From: Pseudolabrys sp. | GTDB taxonomy: Bacteria; Pseudomonadota; Alphaproteobacteria; Rhizobiales; Xanthobacteraceae | Direction: 5' to 3' | NCBI GenBank assembly: GCA_035315965.1 | Contig: DATFXJ010000062.1 | Coordinates: forward strand, 5,007-69,006 | Length of the DNA stretch: 64,000 nucleotides | Part shown: positions 45,411 through 54,761 of the stretch, piece after piece | Layout: the number at the start of each line of letters is the position of its first letter | Numbering within the stretch: position 1 is the stretch's first letter | Program-made: the position numbers and the translations under genes | The notes under the pieces: generated by a model | Told to the model about the DNA's origin: nothing | Database searches by the model: none | The model's input: the letters and a program-made list of their open reading frames with translations, nothing else

Positions 45411-46735
45411 GTTCCAAAAACCAGCCGAACAAAGGCCCCGAGCGCGGCCATTGCTACCACAACTTCGATCAGGCTGCGGTGCAAACCAAATGCTAGCACG
45501 GCTGCAATTGCGGCCAGGGCTGTAGCGCGCAGATCAAGCGCCAACGGATTGAACGCATACCACCGCAAGGGGCCGGCATGAATTTCGGTAACGTTGCCGA
45601 ACAGGACATGGAGCGCGAACCATACTGACAGATTCAAAATTACGCCGACAACGGCGGCCGTAATTGCTGCAAGTGCGCCGGACAATTGGTGATTGGCGCG
45701 GAGCGGCTCGACGAATGGTGCGCCTGCAAAAATCCAGAGCATGGACGGCACGAACGTGACCCATGTGGTCATCGCTGCACCCAAGACACCGGCGGTGATT
45801 GGAGAGAAAGGGGCCGCGTCGCGAAAGGCTGCGAGGAAGCCGACGAATTGAGTGACCAGAATAAGCGGGCCTGGCGTAGTTTCGGCAAGGCCTAGTCCGT
45901 CAACCATCTCAGGTGCTGTCATCCAGCCGTAGGTTTGCACCGCTTCCTGCGCCATGTAGGCAAGCAGCGCATAGGCGCCCCCAAAACTGACGACTGCGAG
46001 CTTCGAGAAAAACATTCCTATGCTCACCAGCACGTGTTCTGGTCCGAAGGTGAGTGCTGCAAGCGCGACCGGCGCCCACCACAAAATCAGACCGATCACC
46101 GACGCTATGGCGAATTGTTGCCAGTGATCCTTTGCGGGCGGTGCGACGCTGTCGACTTTTTCACCGAGGCCAAGCTGGTCTGGCGACCGACGTGCGACAA
46201 CGTAGCCGATGAGCGCCGCTGCCGCGACAATGAGCGGAAAGGGCAGCCCGAGAAAAAAGATGCCGACGAACGCGGCGGCGGCCAGTGAAAGCAGCAGGGA
46301 CGTTTTTAGCGCGCGCTTGCCGATGCGGATCAGCGCCTCGATCACGATCACTAGCACTGCCGCTTTGATGCCATATAGCGCGCCGTCGATGATCGTAATC
46401 CCGCGTCCGAGCGCGTACAGCAGGCTTAGGCCCAGCATCACGAACGCGCCCGGCAGGACGAACAGAATGCCTGCTGTGAGCCCCCCCTGTACGCCGTGCA
46501 GCAGCCAGCCCAGATAAGTCGCAAGCTTTTGTGCCTCTGGGCCGGGTAACAGCATGCAGAAATTCAACGCGTGCAAGAAACGCGCCTCGTCCACCCACTT
46601 CTTTTCGTCGACGACGACGCGATGCATCAAGGCAATCTGCCCGGCCGGCCCACCGAAATTGATGCAGCCGATCTTCAGCCAGGCCATGAAGGCCTCGCCG
46701 AAACTTGACCGGACAGTCGTTTCAATAGTTGCCAT
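45407..46735 (-). CDS. chrA: Chromate efflux transporter
   Basis: FGGPAGQI, LLPGPEAQ, SFGGAYA and AETTPGP motifs of the long-chain CHR family. Confidence 0.92.
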   Translation of the reverse strand: MATIETTVRSSFGEAFMAWLKIGCINFGGPAGQIALMHRVVVDEKKWVDEARFLHALNFCMLLPGPEAQKLATYLGWLLHGVQGGLTAGILFVLPGAFVMLGLSLLYALGRGITIIDGALYGIKAAVLVIVIEALIRIGKRALKTSLLLSLAAAAFVGIFFLGLPFPLIVAAAALIGYVVARRSPDQLGLGEKVDSVAPPAKDHWQQFAIASVIGLILWWAPVALAALTFGPEHVLVSIGMFFSKLAVVSFGGAYALLAYMAQEAVQTYGWMTAPEMVDGLGLAETTPGPLILVTQFVGFLAAFRDAAPFSPITAGVLGAAMTTWVTFVPSMLWIFAGAPFVEPLRANHQLSGALAAITAAVVGVILNLSVWFALHVLFGNVTEIHAGPLRWYAFNPLALDLRATALAAIAAVLAFGLHRSLIEVVVAMAALGAFVRLVFGT

Positions 46736-46740
46736 GCTCG

Positions 46741-46936
46741 TCACGCGGCTTTGGCCGGCCAATTATGTCGTTCTTCCGCAAGTTCTGGCTGCATCCCGCC
46801 AGACTGCACCCGGCAACAAGTGCGGCGACTGTTCATACGCATCGCGTCGCCTGACATCAACGACTTGCGGCGCAACGTACGTCGCAAACGCATTCCATAG
46901 ATCTTTTGGAGAGATCGGAAAGCTCGGAGACAGCAT
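46741..46936 (-). pseudogene. chrB-like (rhodanese plus chromate resistance) gene with internal deletion
   Basis: MLSPSFPISPKDLW...VVDVRRRDAYEQSPHLLPGAVWRD (rhodanese-like start) joined out of frame to LAEERHNWPAKAA*, resembling a ChrB C-terminus; ends 5 nt before chrA. Confidence 0.72.
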
Positions 46937-47017
46937 AGGTCTCCTCCGTAAACGAAGGAGACGGTGCTTGGGCTCGGAGCCTTTTGTGGGCGGGGCGACC
47001 GTCATTGCCCCACATCC
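46937..47017 (-). ncRNA. Structured cis-regulatory leader (chrB RNA motif-like) with pseudoknot and RBS-sequestering hairpin
   Basis: GTGGGGC/GCCCCGC stem; its loop GACGGT is complementary to downstream ACCGTC; GGCT/AGCC hairpin; GTCTCCTTCG/CGGAGGAGAC hairpin containing the SD 2 nt before the ATG. Confidence 0.7.
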
Positions 47018-47129
47018 CTAAACTTACATCACACTGCCTGCCCGTACAAGGGCGTCGCATCGCACCACCGCGTTTTCGTCACTCGCCACCGGGCGCTGCC
47101 TTCGCTAGTTTTTGTGTCGGAGGCCCGTC

Positions 47130-47885
47130 ATGGGTAACAAAATTGATCTTGGTGCACGCAATGCGGTGGTCACCGGCGGTGCGCAAGGCATCGGGCGTGC
47201 GATCGTTGAGCGCTTTCTGGAGTCTGGCGCGGCAGTTGCGATCTGGGATCGCGACAGCGATTTAGCCAAAAAAACGACGATGCAGTTGCAGAACCTTGGC
47301 CGCATTGCATCCTTCGTCGTTGACGTTACCAATTATTCTGACGTGGAACGCGCGCGCGATGACACGATAAAAACGCTCGGCCGCATCGACATTCTGGTCA
47401 ACAATGCAGGTATTGCGGGGCCGAACATTAAGACCTGGGATTATCCGCTCGACGCCTGGCGTAAAGTGCTTGCGATTAATCTTGACGGACCATTCCATTG
47501 CTGCCGCGCCTTGGCACCGGGGATGATCGCGCAGAATTACGGCCGCATCGTCAACATCGCCTCAATCGCAGGCAAAGAGGGCAATCCAAACGCGCCGGCC
47601 TATTCAGCATCGAAGGCGGGCCTCATCGCGCTGACCAAATCACTTGGCAAAGAGCTTGCATCCCATGACATATCGGTGAATTGCATCACACCTGCCGCTG
47701 CGAAAACGGCAATTTTCGATCAGATGACCCAGGAGCATATCGACTTCATGCTCGCTAAGATTCCGCGGGGGCGCTTTGTCACCGTCGAGGAGATCGCGGC
47801 CCTTGCAGCCTTTTGCGCTTCGGCAGACTGTTCGTTCACCACCGGCGCGGTATTCGATATTTCCGGCGGGCGGGCGACCTATTGA
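47130..47885 (+). CDS. SDR oxidoreductase resembling 2-keto-3-deoxy sugar-acid dehydrogenases (LRA5-like)
   Basis: TGGAQGIG, NNAG, YSASK, GKEGNPNA and DCSFTTG...DISGGRATY, recalled as close to Sphingomonas LRA5. Confidence 0.85.
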   Translation: MGNKIDLGARNAVVTGGAQGIGRAIVERFLESGAAVAIWDRDSDLAKKTTMQLQNLGRIASFVVDVTNYSDVERARDDTIKTLGRIDILVNNAGIAGPNIKTWDYPLDAWRKVLAINLDGPFHCCRALAPGMIAQNYGRIVNIASIAGKEGNPNAPAYSASKAGLIALTKSLGKELASHDISVNCITPAAAKTAIFDQMTQEHIDFMLAKIPRGRFVTVEEIAALAAFCASADCSFTTGAVFDISGGRATY

Positions 47886-48793
47886 GCGATCCCGCACAGC
47901 AGCGTCGCCAGCGGTTGACGGGTATCGCCTTGATGTGCGGCGCGGTGGCGGCGTTTTCTTGTCTCGACGCCACTGGAAAATATTTGCTCCGCTACATGGA
48001 CCCATTGCAGGTCGTTTGGGCTCGTTACTTCGGGGCCTTCCTGTTGGCGCTTATTTTTCTCAATCCGATAACCAAACCGAAGATGATGACAACGTCGCGG
48101 CCATTCATGCAAATTGGCCGATCTACGCTATTGCTTGGTTCCACGGCGCTGAGTTTTTTTGCGCTGCGCTATCTTCAGCTTGACGAAGCGCTAGCAATTC
48201 TTTTCTCGACGCCATTCATTGTTGCCTTGCTTTGCGGTCCGTTGCTTGGCGAATGGGTTGGCTGGCGGCGCTGGACCGCAATCGGCGTCGGTTTCTTTGG
48301 CGTGCTGCTAGTGGCGCGCCCGGGATTTGCCGGCCTTCACCCCGCGGCACTCTTAACGCTGGGCAGTGCCATCTGTTACGCGCTTTACGTGATCTCAACG
48401 CGCGTGCTGGCGCGCACCGACTCGAGTGAAACAACACTGTTTTATTCGAACCTGGTCGGCGCGGTCGCTATGCTGCCGGTCATTTCGTTTGTGTGGACTA
48501 CGCCGGAAAACGCTCTTGCGGTGGCGCTGATGGTGCTTATCGGTGCGCTCGGCAGTGGCGGACATTATCTCCTCATCCTCGGCCACCGATTGGCGCCAGC
48601 GTCGACCCTGGCGCCCTTCATCTACACGCAGATGATCTGGACGACCGCGCTCGGCTTCCTGGTGTTCGGCGACGTGCCCCACTACTGGACCATCGTGGGC
48701 GGTTCAATCGTGATCGTCTCGGGCCTTTATCTGCTCCACCGCGAAACAGTGCGGGGGCCGCACCGGTTGCCTAATCATCGTAGGGGGCGCTAA
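47882..48793 (+). CDS. DMT/EamA family transporter
   Basis: About 10 TM segments with two EamA repeats (LGEWVGWRRW, LVFGDVP). Probable TTG start overlapping the SDR stop. Confidence 0.85.
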   Translation: MSDPAQQRRQRLTGIALMCGAVAAFSCLDATGKYLLRYMDPLQVVWARYFGAFLLALIFLNPITKPKMMTTSRPFMQIGRSTLLLGSTALSFFALRYLQLDEALAILFSTPFIVALLCGPLLGEWVGWRRWTAIGVGFFGVLLVARPGFAGLHPAALLTLGSAICYALYVISTRVLARTDSSETTLFYSNLVGAVAMLPVISFVWTTPENALAVALMVLIGALGSGGHYLLILGHRLAPASTLAPFIYTQMIWTTALGFLVFGDVPHYWTIVGGSIVIVSGLYLLHRETVRGPHRLPNHRRGR

Positions 48794-48836
48794 GTTCCGC
48801 CCGCTAAACAAAGCTTTCCATCGTGAAGGATCATTT

Positions 48837-49871
48837 ATGGCCACAGCAAAGGACCGCGCGCAGGTCAAGGCCGGCTCCGGGCTGAACGACGACATCGGCG
48901 AGCAAAAGCGGCTCGAATTGTACCGGACGCAGGTCGTGATTCGCGAGGCGGAGCAGCGGGCCTACGACCTGTTCCTGCAGAATTTGGTCAAAGGAACCAG
49001 CCATCTTTCGCTTGGGCAGGAAGCGGTCGCGGCAGGTTTTGCTGGCGCAATGAAGCCGGGCGACCTTTCATTCTGCACATATCGTGGCCACGCCCATACT
49101 TTGGCGCGTGGTGTGTCGGTCGAGAAGGTGCTGGGCGAGCTGATGCAGCGCGACAACGGTTTGATGCGCGGCAAGGGCGGCTCGATGCATCTTACCTCTG
49201 TCGACCATGGCGTGATGGGTTCGTACGCCATCATTGGTGCACATCTTCCGATCGCATGTGGTGCTGCCTGGCGCGCGCAGTACAAGGGCGCGAAAGATGT
49301 CTCAGTTTGCTTTTTCGGCGACGGCACCACGAATATTGGGGCCTTTCATGAGGCGCTCAATTTTGCCGCGGTCTGGAAGCTGCCGGTCATCTTTGTCTGC
49401 GAAAACAATATGTACATGGAATACACGCCGATCGGCGAGGTGACGGCGGTGCCGCAGCCGGCCGCCGATCGTGCGTCGGCCTACGGACTGGAACGCATCG
49501 TCATCGATGGCAACGACGCTGACGTCGTGTACCGCGCGGCGCAAACCGCATTCGAAAAGGCCCGCGCAGGGGAAGGACCATCACTGATCGAATGCCTCAC
49601 GTATCGTTACAGCGGACACTCGCGCGCGGATCCGGCGAAGTACCGACCGGAAGGCGAACTTGACCGTTGGAAGTTACGCGATCCGATCAAGATCTACCGT
49701 GAGCGGCTGCTCCAGTTCGGTGTGGCGGATAAGGTAGTCTCCGACATCGATGCGCAGGTGCGAAAAATCGTTGATGACGCAACTGAAGCCTGCAAGGCTG
49801 CGCCACCGCCACCGCTCGATATCATCGCCACAGACGTCTATGCCGATGGAGGCTGGGCATGGCGGAACTGA
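48837..49871 (+). CDS. ThDP-dependent dehydrogenase E1 alpha (acetoin dehydrogenase AcoA-like)
   Basis: GTSHLSLGQEA, TYRGH, GKGGSMH, GDG...ENN and YRYSGHSRAD motifs. Confidence 0.92.
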   Translation: MATAKDRAQVKAGSGLNDDIGEQKRLELYRTQVVIREAEQRAYDLFLQNLVKGTSHLSLGQEAVAAGFAGAMKPGDLSFCTYRGHAHTLARGVSVEKVLGELMQRDNGLMRGKGGSMHLTSVDHGVMGSYAIIGAHLPIACGAAWRAQYKGAKDVSVCFFGDGTTNIGAFHEALNFAAVWKLPVIFVCENNMYMEYTPIGEVTAVPQPAADRASAYGLERIVIDGNDADVVYRAAQTAFEKARAGEGPSLIECLTYRYSGHSRADPAKYRPEGELDRWKLRDPIKIYRERLLQFGVADKVVSDIDAQVRKIVDDATEACKAAPPPPLDIIATDVYADGGWAWRN

Positions 49872-50839
49872 CCTATCGCGACGCGGTCATCCGGGGTATT
49901 GCGCAGGAGATGAGCCGCGATCCGGATGTCGTATTCCTTGGCGAAGACGTGGCCAGAGCCGGTGGGGTTTTCAAAGCGACCGTCGGTTTGTACGAGCAGT
50001 TCGGGCCTTTGCGTGTGCGCGACACTCCGATTTCCGAGCAGGCAATTCTCGGTGCTGCCATGGGTGCGGCGATGACCGGCCTTAAGCCGATTGCCGAAAT
50101 CATGTTCTCCGATTTCTTCGCGGTCTGCTTCGATTACATTGCCAATGAATTTCCTAAGAGCCGTTATATGTCGAATGGTCAGGTCAAGTGCCCGCTGGTT
50201 GTGCGTACGGGTAACGGCGCAGGTTCACGATTCGGCGCGCAGCACAGCCAGAGCGTCGAAAATTGGTGTATGATGATCCCGGGACTAAAGGTGGTCGCGC
50301 CGTCGAACCCGCGCGACGTCATCGGGCTGTTGGCGGCATCGGTGCGCGATCCCGATCCGGTGATTTTCCTTGAGCACAAATCGCTGTACCCGACAAAAGG
50401 CGAAGTTCCCGACGGCGAGATCGTCGACACGCTTGGCACGGCAAAAATCCTGCGTTCCGGCAAAGACGCAACTATCTGCGCATTGGCACTGATGGTGCCG
50501 CGCGCGCTTGAAGCCGCTGAGAAGCTTAAGACGGACCACGGCATTGATTGCGAGATTGTCGATGTGCGTTCGCTGGTGCCGCTGGATACGCGAACCATTC
50601 TCGGCTCGGTGGGGAGGACACACCGGCTATTCACGGTCGAGGAAAATCCACGGCTTTGTGGTTGGGGCGCCGAGATCGTGTCAATCGCGGCGGACGAGGC
50701 CTTCTATGATCTTGACGGCCCGCCAGTCCGCATCACAACGCCGCATATTCCGTTGCCGGCTGCCGATATTCTGGAAGACGTTGTGCTGCCGACACCTGAT
50801 CGCATTACCGAAACCATCCGGCGGAGCTTGGGGAGTTAG
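49859..50839 (+). CDS. ThDP-dependent dehydrogenase E1 beta (AcoB-like)
   Basis: LGEDV, DTPISE, AEIMFSDF, AQHSQ and VDVRSLVPLD motifs. Confidence 0.92.
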   Translation: MAELTYRDAVIRGIAQEMSRDPDVVFLGEDVARAGGVFKATVGLYEQFGPLRVRDTPISEQAILGAAMGAAMTGLKPIAEIMFSDFFAVCFDYIANEFPKSRYMSNGQVKCPLVVRTGNGAGSRFGAQHSQSVENWCMMIPGLKVVAPSNPRDVIGLLAASVRDPDPVIFLEHKSLYPTKGEVPDGEIVDTLGTAKILRSGKDATICALALMVPRALEAAEKLKTDHGIDCEIVDVRSLVPLDTRTILGSVGRTHRLFTVEENPRLCGWGAEIVSIAADEAFYDLDGPPVRITTPHIPLPAADILEDVVLPTPDRITETIRRSLGS

Positions 50840-50844
50840 TTTCT

Positions 50845-50930
50845 GTCGTCATCGGGCTTGTCCCGGTGACCCCGCTTGGGAATGCAGTGCGTCCCCTAAG
50901 CGAGATGGCTAGGACAAGCCCGGCCGCGAC
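50845..50930. repeat. REP-like palindromic element, family A
   Basis: GGGCTTGTCCCGG and GGACAAGCCCGG arms with CCCTAAGCGAGATG, shared with the 7518 copy. Confidence 0.78.
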
Positions 50931-50954
50931 AATCGAGAGTGAGGAAACATAGTT

Positions 50955-52406
50955 ATGTACGAAAATCTTCTCGCCAACGTTCCAACCGACCTATGGATTG
51001 GCGGAAAGTGGTGCAAGGCCTCCGATGGTGGCCGCTTTGACGTCATCGATCCTGCGACGGAACGCAAGATCGCATCGGTTGCCAGCGCGACAGTCGACGA
51101 TGCAAAAGCCGCGCTTGATGCCGCCGAAGGTGCTTTTGAGGGTTGGGCGGGGCGCAAACCGCGCGAGCGCGCTGAGATCCTGCGCAAGGCCTATGAACTG
51201 ATTATGCGCGACGCCGAGCGTTTCGCGAAGCTGATTACACTGGAAAATGGCAAGGCTTTGCAGGATTCACGGAGCGAGGTGGCATATGCCGCCGAGTTCT
51301 TCCGTTGGTACGCCGAGGAAGCTGTGCGCAATATCGGTGAGGTGTCGCGCGCCCCGGCCTCGGGTGCCCGCATCTTCGTATATCACAAGCCCGCCGGCAT
51401 CGCCGTTCTGGTAACGCCTTGGAATTTCCCGGCGGCGATGGCGACGCGAAAGATCGGGCCGGCGCTCGCCGCGGGCTGCCCCGTGGTGCTCAAGCCTGCT
51501 TCCGATACACCGCTCACCATGCTGGCGCTGATGCCGGCGCTGGAAGAAGCCGGCGTCCCTGCCGGTGTCGTCAACGTCATTCCGTCGCGTTCGTCGGGCA
51601 AGGTGGTCAGTGCCATGTTGCACGATCCGCGCGTGCGCGTTGTCTCTTTCACCGGCTCAACCGAAGTCGGGCGCAAGTTGCTGCACGAGGCCGCCGATAA
51701 TATCGTCAAGCCGGCAATGGAGCTCGGCGGGAATGCGCCGTTTATCGTCTTTGAAGACGCCGATATCGACGCCGCGATTGATGGGGCCATGATCGCGAAA
51801 ATGCGCAACATGGGCGAGGCCTGCACGGCCGCCAATCGTTTCTATGTGCATGAGAAAGTCCACGAAGAGTTTGCGAAAAAACTCACCGCCAAAATGAGCT
51901 CGCTGAAGATGGGCAACGGCCTTGATGAAGGCATCAATCTTGGGCCGCTGGTTAACAAAGACGGTCGCGACAAGGTGATCGAATTAGTTGACGACGCCGT
52001 AAAAAAGGGCGCCAAAGTGCTGGCTGGCGGGAAATTGCCAGAGGGCCCAGGGTTTTTCTATCCGGCGACTGTGCTGACCAATGTGCCGGACTCAGCCAAG
52101 ATGCTAAACGAAGAAATCTTCGGACCGGTCGCGTCAATCCAGACCTTCAAGACTGAGGATGAGGCGATCAAGCGTGCCAACGACACCGAGTATGGTCTGG
52201 TTGCTTACCTGTACACGAAGGATTTAACCCGCGGCATGCGTGTTTCCGAGAAACTCGATTTCGGCATGGTCGGCCTCAATCGTGGTCTCGTCTCCGATCC
52301 GGCAGCGCCATTCGGCGGCACCAAGCAGTCCGGCCTCGGTCGCGAAGGGGCGCACGAAGGCATGATGGAGTTTCTTGAGACACAATACGTGTCAGTCTCG
52401 TGGTAA
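50955..52406 (+). CDS. NAD(P)-dependent aldehyde dehydrogenase, succinate-semialdehyde dehydrogenase (GabD)-like
   Basis: TPWNFP, FTGSTEVG, MELGGNAP, GEACTAAN and EEIFGP motifs. Confidence 0.9.
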   Translation: MYENLLANVPTDLWIGGKWCKASDGGRFDVIDPATERKIASVASATVDDAKAALDAAEGAFEGWAGRKPRERAEILRKAYELIMRDAERFAKLITLENGKALQDSRSEVAYAAEFFRWYAEEAVRNIGEVSRAPASGARIFVYHKPAGIAVLVTPWNFPAAMATRKIGPALAAGCPVVLKPASDTPLTMLALMPALEEAGVPAGVVNVIPSRSSGKVVSAMLHDPRVRVVSFTGSTEVGRKLLHEAADNIVKPAMELGGNAPFIVFEDADIDAAIDGAMIAKMRNMGEACTAANRFYVHEKVHEEFAKKLTAKMSSLKMGNGLDEGINLGPLVNKDGRDKVIELVDDAVKKGAKVLAGGKLPEGPGFFYPATVLTNVPDSAKMLNEEIFGPVASIQTFKTEDEAIKRANDTEYGLVAYLYTKDLTRGMRVSEKLDFGMVGLNRGLVSDPAAPFGGTKQSGLGREGAHEGMMEFLETQYVSVSW

Positions 52407-52435
52407 GGCCTGCCGAACAAATTTAGGGGACTCGC

Positions 52436-53731
52436 GTGGATGTTCTGATGCCGCAGCTCGGCGAAACCGTTGCCGAGGGCAAGATCACGAAATGGTTCAA
52501 GGCGACCGGCGATGCTGTGAAGCCAGGCGACTACCTCTTTGAGATCGAGACCGACAAGACTTCGATGGAAGTACCATCGACCACCGCCGGCACACTGACC
52601 GAAATTCGCTTCAATGTCGGCGAGGTGGCGAAGGTCGGCGCCGTGGTGGCGGTGATTTCAGGCGCTGGCGCTGTTGCAAGCCCAGCGGCAAATGCCGCGC
52701 CAAACACTCCTTCATCGAGCATGCCTTTTGCCGCGGCTCCGGTCGTCCATCCCATGCCACGTATTACTCCCATGGATCCTTTTCGCGAAGTGCGGACGCC
52801 CGAGCGTAACTACGGCCCGGCCAAGCTTGCCAGCGGCACAACGGTCACTCCGCTTGCGCGAAGGCTGGCGGGCGAGCGTGGCATTGATCTGAGACGGGTG
52901 ACCGGCTCCGGCCCGCATGGCCGCATTGTCGCGCGCGACATCGAGCAGGCCGCGCCCAGTTCGGCCCCTGCAGCAACTGCAAGCGGCGCCAGCGCAGCCC
53001 AGGTGAAGGCTCTGTACGAGGGGGTCGCTTATGACGAAGTCCCCCTCAATTCAATGCGCCGCACCATCGTCACGCGATTGGTTGAGGCCAAACAAACCAT
53101 TCCACACTTCTATCTGACTGCCGATCTCGACGCCGGCCGTCTGATAGCGATGCGTGAGGAAGCGAATGCTGCCGCGCCGAAAAACAAATATGGCCAACCA
53201 GCGTTCAAACTCTCGCTCAACGATTTCATCATCAAAGCCTGGGCTGCAGCGCTGCAGCGCATTCCGGCCGCCAATGCGGTCTGGGCGGGTGACCGCATTC
53301 TGCAGTTCCGGAATTCCGATATTGGCGTGGCCGTTGCCCTCGAGGGCGGACTCATCACACCAGTTGTGCGCAATGCCGAAACAAAATCGCTGACCGCAAT
53401 TTCAACCGAGATGCGTGATCTGGCAGACCGTGCGCGCCACAAGAAACTCAGGCCGAATGAATACCAGGGTGGCTCGAGCGCCATCTCTAATCTCGGCATG
53501 TACGGGGTGCGCGAGTTTTCGGCCATCATCAATCCGCCGCACGCCACAATTCTCGCCGTCGGCGCGACTCGCCGAGCTCCGATCGAAGCCCAAGACGGTG
53601 GCGCAAAATTTGTCAGCCAAATGACCGTCACTCTGTCGTGCGATCACCGGGTCGTCGACGGTGCGCTGGGAGCTGAATTGTTGGCCGCGTTCAAGAAATT
53701 CGTCGAGGCGCCCGTGACGGCGCTGGTCTAG
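52436..53731 (+). CDS. Dihydrolipoamide acyltransferase E2
   Basis: Lipoyl EIETDK, peripheral-subunit-binding TPLARRLA...GSGPHGRI and catalytic DHRVVDG; GTG start. Confidence 0.92.
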   Translation: MDVLMPQLGETVAEGKITKWFKATGDAVKPGDYLFEIETDKTSMEVPSTTAGTLTEIRFNVGEVAKVGAVVAVISGAGAVASPAANAAPNTPSSSMPFAAAPVVHPMPRITPMDPFREVRTPERNYGPAKLASGTTVTPLARRLAGERGIDLRRVTGSGPHGRIVARDIEQAAPSSAPAATASGASAAQVKALYEGVAYDEVPLNSMRRTIVTRLVEAKQTIPHFYLTADLDAGRLIAMREEANAAAPKNKYGQPAFKLSLNDFIIKAWAAALQRIPAANAVWAGDRILQFRNSDIGVAVALEGGLITPVVRNAETKSLTAISTEMRDLADRARHKKLRPNEYQGGSSAISNLGMYGVREFSAIINPPHATILAVGATRRAPIEAQDGGAKFVSQMTVTLSCDHRVVDGALGAELLAAFKKFVEAPVTALV

Positions 53732-53746
53732 TAAGGAGAATAGGAA

Positions 53747-54724
53747 ATGACTGGCGACAAGCCGGATGTGCTGATGATCGGCGCCAAGAAGCCCGTTATG
53801 ATGAAGGGCTTCGAAGGCAAGGTGACGCTTCACCACTGGCTCGACGCCAAGGACAAGGCCGCCTTCGTCAAGGAGGTTGGCAATGAAATCAAAGCAATCG
53901 CGATTGCCTACACTGCCAACAAGGTCGACGGAAATTTTCTCCGGCAGTTCCCGAACGTCGAGCAGGTCTCGAGTTTTGGCGTAGGTTACGACCATATCGA
54001 TACCAAATGGGCGGGTGAGCACGGTATTGTCGTCACCAACACTCCGGAGGTGCTCAATGAGGAGGTGGCAGATACTGCGCTCGGTCTTCTGCTTTGCACC
54101 GTTCGTGAGCTGCCGCAGTCAGAACGCTATTTGCGCGCCGGCAAGTGGAAGGACGCTCACTACCCGCTAACCAAGGCGACGCTGCGCGATCGCACCGTCG
54201 GAATGGTCGGAATGGGCCGCATCGGCAAGGCAATTGCGCGGCGGCTCGAAGCGTTCGGTATCCCGGTTGTCTATCACAGCCGAAACCCGCAAGCGGGCGT
54301 CAAATACAAGTACTATCCAAAGCTGCTCGACATGGCGCGGGACGTCGACACGCTCATGGTGATCGTGCCGGGAGGCACCAGTACCAGGAACATGATCAAT
54401 GCCGAGGTGCTCAACGCTCTTGGTCCACGCGGCGTGCTGATCAACATGGCGCGCGGCTCTGTTGTCGATGAGCCCGCGCTGATTGAGGCGCTGCAAAAAC
54501 GTACGATCTACTCTGCCGGCCTCGACGTGTTCGCCAATGAGCCCGACGTCCCGAAGGAATTGATCGAGATGGACCACATCGTGCTGTTCCCTCATCTCGG
54601 CTCGTCGACCGAAGCAACCCGAGCAGCGATGGACCAGCTCGTGGTCGACAACATTCTGGCTTGGGCCGCGGGCAAGCCGCCGCTGACGCCGGTTCCAGAA
54701 ACGCCGTGGCCTCCGAAACGTTAG
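53747..54724 (+). CDS. D-isomer 2-hydroxyacid dehydrogenase (glyoxylate/hydroxypyruvate reductase-like)
   Basis: GVGYDHID, GMGRIG, NMARG, DVFANEP and PHLGS motifs. Confidence 0.92.
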   Translation: MTGDKPDVLMIGAKKPVMMKGFEGKVTLHHWLDAKDKAAFVKEVGNEIKAIAIAYTANKVDGNFLRQFPNVEQVSSFGVGYDHIDTKWAGEHGIVVTNTPEVLNEEVADTALGLLLCTVRELPQSERYLRAGKWKDAHYPLTKATLRDRTVGMVGMGRIGKAIARRLEAFGIPVVYHSRNPQAGVKYKYYPKLLDMARDVDTLMVIVPGGTSTRNMINAEVLNALGPRGVLINMARGSVVDEPALIEALQKRTIYSAGLDVFANEPDVPKELIEMDHIVLFPHLGSSTEATRAAMDQLVVDNILAWAAGKPPLTPVPETPWPPKR

Positions 54725-54761
54725 GCGCGCGGTGTGCAAACGCTGATGTTATAGTTCGATC

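Noticed and set aside
7518-50930. Repeated palindromes as a CRISPR array or MITEs
   Set aside because: They are dispersed single copies with no regular repeat-spacer period, no cas genes, and no evident target-site duplications or transposase.
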